A DNA stretch of 64,000 nt, from the NCBI GenBank assembly GCA_046051665.1, contig JBJONV010000034.1, positions 6,427 to 70,426 on the forward strand. Reading direction: 5' to 3'. The DNA comes from Chloroflexota bacterium. GTDB lineage: Bacteria; Chloroflexota; Chloroflexia; Chloroflexales; Roseiflexaceae. The notes under the pieces are model-generated. The model had not been told where the DNA came from and searched no databases. It worked only from the letters and a program-made list of their open reading frames with translations. The position numbers were made by a program, and so were the translations under genes. Of this stretch, positions 62,127 to 64,000 are shown piece by piece (position 1 is the first letter of the stretch; each line of letters starts with the position of its first letter).

Positions 62127-64000
62127 ATGCGTAGCCAAAATCAGTTCAATCAGATACACAAGATACAAGCTCCGTTGCAAAAAATCGCACGGATGAGCAT
62201 GGTCGTATTGTTCGTACTGCAATCCTTCGTTGTTTGGAGCAAACCACACACAGTTGTAGCCCAACCGCGTGAACACATCCCTTCGACAAACACATTTTCT
62301 GTGTTTACGGGCGGCATTGGAATACACCATCTCGACGTGAGCAGTACTGGCGAACGTGTACAACGCGAGCCCAGATTGGCATCGAACGGCATACAAAACA
62401 AACAAAGAAATGCATTCAGCGGGAGGGCTAGTGCATCACCGAGCTGTCCGGCAGATGTTGGTGTCGGCGGAACAAATAGTGCGACCGCCGCATCGACGAT
62501 TGGGGGGCATGGCTGTGTGGTCATCAAATACGAAGATAATGAATCGACGCTTTTCGAAACATTTACCTACACTGGTGCGGATCAATCGTGGACGCCGCCG
62601 AGTGGTGTAACCACGGCGACATTCTTTCTACTCGGTGCAGGCGGCGGTGGTACGCCGATTAATCCGGGTGCAGACGGTGGTGGTGGTGGGTATGCGACGG
62701 GTGAATATACATTCAGTAGCGGTCAAGTTTTTACGATCATCGTAGGTCAGGCCGGAGGGGGAGTGTTGGGTACGTCGCTCTCTGGTTGTTACTACACACC
62801 GGTAACCTATGGCGGGGGTGGTCGTGGTGGGTCGTGTTATGTGCCCAATGCGACGTATCAGAGTTCTGGAGGTGGTCGGTCTGCTATTCGCTTATCTGGA
62901 GCAACCACTGATCTGGTCACCGCTGGCGGTGGCGGCGGCAGCGCATATACCGGAGGGATGGGTGGCGCCGGTGGTGGTACGACGGGTGTTTCTTCTACTG
63001 GTGGGAATACTGCTACCGGCGGCTCGCAGAGTGCCGGAGGAACCGGTGGGTGTTCCACCAATCCGCAAACAGACTACAACTGTAAGGCAACCTATAAAGG
63101 AACAAATGGCGCTGCATACCTCGGTGGTGATGGCAAAGACGAAGGCGGCGGTGGTGGTGGCGGTTGGTTCGGCGGCGGCGGCGGCGGCGATAACGGCGGT
63201 GGTGGTGGTGGATCGAGCTACATCAGTTCGTTGTCAGGTGGTGTAACGGTTGCGGGAGCGGGGCAGACTCCCGGTGGCAATCTGAATACGCTTGCAACTG
63301 CAGATACGACTGCGCCGACGGTTACCCTCGCAGCGAGTGCTGCGACTTCCACCAGCGGCACAATCACGTTCACGGTGACGGGTGATGAACCCATTACCTG
63401 TACGACGTTGTCGTCGGTGGCGGGGACGGATTTTGCGCTGACGGGTATCAGTGCAATCACCGGAATAGTGCAGACGTCCGCACAGGTATGCACGATCAGC
63501 GCAACATCTACTGCAACGAATGGTGGTGCTTCGGTGACAAGCACGATCACGCGGGCGAGCACGTTTTCGATAACTGATACCGGAGGGAATCCGCAAACCG
63601 CACTTGGTGGATCGCCGCAGTCGACCATCGTCACCATTCCTGATTCGATTGCACCTACAGTGACTTTGGCCGTGGTTGCTGCGACGACAACGACCAAGGC
63701 AATTCGGTTTACGGTGACCGGGAACGAAGCCATTGACTGCGGAAGTTTGTCGACGACAGCCGGCGAGGACTTCACCCTCACAAACATTGCAGAAATCACG
63801 AGCGTTGTCCAGACATCAACAACCGTTTGTACTATCACGGCGCGTTCGACGGCGATTGCTGGAGGGGCTGCGGTGACGTCGACGCTGACCAAAGCTGCGA
63901 CATTTGCTGTCACAGATGTCGCAGGCAACAGTCAGACTGCGTTGAACGGATCCCCCAAGTCGGTGACAGTGACTGTTCCTATCTTCGGTTCCACCACAAA
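62127..64000 (+). CDS. Secreted glycine-rich protein with tandem Ig-like repeats (3'-partial, runs off the window)
   Basis: My own translation of the frame starting at ATG 62127 (AAGG RBS at 62118-62121) finds no stop up to 64000. It is absent from the ORF track because it is open-ended. Begins MRSQNQ...MSMVVLFVLQSFVVWSKPHTVVAQP (signal-like). Confidence 0.75.
   Translation, partial: MRSQNQFNQIHKIQAPLQKIARMSMVVLFVLQSFVVWSKPHTVVAQPREHIPSTNTFSVFTGGIGIHHLDVSSTGERVQREPRLASNGIQNKQRNAFSGRASASPSCPADVGVGGTNSATAASTIGGHGCVVIKYEDNESTLFETFTYTGADQSWTPPSGVTTATFFLLGAGGGGTPINPGADGGGGGYATGEYTFSSGQVFTIIVGQAGGGVLGTSLSGCYYTPVTYGGGGRGGSCYVPNATYQSSGGGRSAIRLSGATTDLVTAGGGGGSAYTGGMGGAGGGTTGVSSTGGNTATGGSQSAGGTGGCSTNPQTDYNCKATYKGTNGAAYLGGDGKDEGGGGGGGWFGGGGGGDNGGGGGGSSYISSLSGGVTVAGAGQTPGGNLNTLATADTTAPTVTLAASAATSTSGTITFTVTGDEPITCTTLSSVAGTDFALTGISAITGIVQTSAQVCTISATSTATNGGASVTSTITRASTFSITDTGGNPQTALGGSPQSTIVTIPDSIAPTVTLAVVAATTTTKAIRFTVTGNEAIDCGSLSTTAGEDFTLTNIAEITSVVQTSTTVCTITARSTAIAGGAAVTSTLTKAATFAVTDVAGNSQTALNGSPKSVTVTVPIFGSTT
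62559..63233 (+). other. Glycine-rich domain (Gly_rich/ALK-LTK GRD-like)
   Basis: TFTYTGADQSWTPPSGVTTATFFLLGAGGGG...GGGGGYATGEYTFSSGQVFTIIVGQAGGG...GGGGGGGWFGGGGGGDNGGGGGGSSYISS. Confidence 0.6.
63303..63980 (+). repeat. Two tandem 113-aa (339-nt) Ig-like repeats, array continues past the window
   Basis: Both run D(T/S)xAPTVTLA...(I)xFTVTG(D/N)E(P/A)IxC..LS...G.DF.LT.I..IT..VQTS..VCTI.A.ST...G.A.VTST(I/L)T.A.TF..TD..GN.QTAL.GSP.S..VT(I/V)P. Confidence 0.8.

Noticed and set aside
63218-63928. 236-aa minus-strand ORF, the longest listed ORF in the last 2 kb.
   Set aside because: It is the antisense shadow of the open-ended plus-strand glycine-rich/Ig-repeat gene starting at 62127, whose repeat structure and signal peptide make sense.
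52400-64000. Mobile-element or genomic-island borders for the secreted-protein locus (tRNA, integrase, transposase, inverted or direct flanking repeats).
   Set aside because: None was found within the window. The right end of the locus lies beyond 64000, so island status cannot be established here.

Overview
64-kb chromosomal window. Hand-counted coding lines are about 55-60 % G+C. It is densely packed with about 50 CDS on both strands. Gene content and the many Pro/Thr-rich linkers suggest a monoderm filamentous lineage such as Chloroflexota, but this is inference only. Most of the window is housekeeping: lutABC, three parS sites plus parA/parB, recN, an O-antigen-ligase/TPR protein, HU, an aminotransferase/GNAT/aldehyde-dehydrogenase operon, a heterodimeric ABC exporter, typA, an M23 peptidase, murJ, Nudix, ccdA, two Opp-type ATPases, a P1B-4 metal ATPase, dcd, rodZ-like, yajQ, rimO, a BlaI-family repressor, polyprenyl synthase, a glycosyltransferase, coaE, pgi, tsaC/sua5, rex, hisC and ugd. 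I recognised no rRNA, tRNA, CRISPR array, transposase or integrase. Four things are not routine. (i) The 685-bp ORF-free spacer between typA and the next gene carries an enriched DnaA-box cluster and is a candidate oriC about 18 kb from the parS/parAB centromere. (ii) A 1-kb ORF-free AT-rich island lies next to the HU gene. (iii) An MtaD-type deaminase is fused to a degenerate CYTH domain. (iv) The last 11.5 kb looks like an accessory locus of giant secreted proteins. It holds two tandem mosaic paralogues (jelly-roll/Calx-beta-like modules, Ig-like repeats and a 7-blade BLIP-II/RCC1-like propeller). It also holds a 5'-truncated third copy that keeps its terminator, and an open-ended ORF missing from the supplied track (62127 to window end). 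That ORF encodes a polyglycine-rich protein with Ig-like repeats. AT-rich spacers precede all three intact genes.
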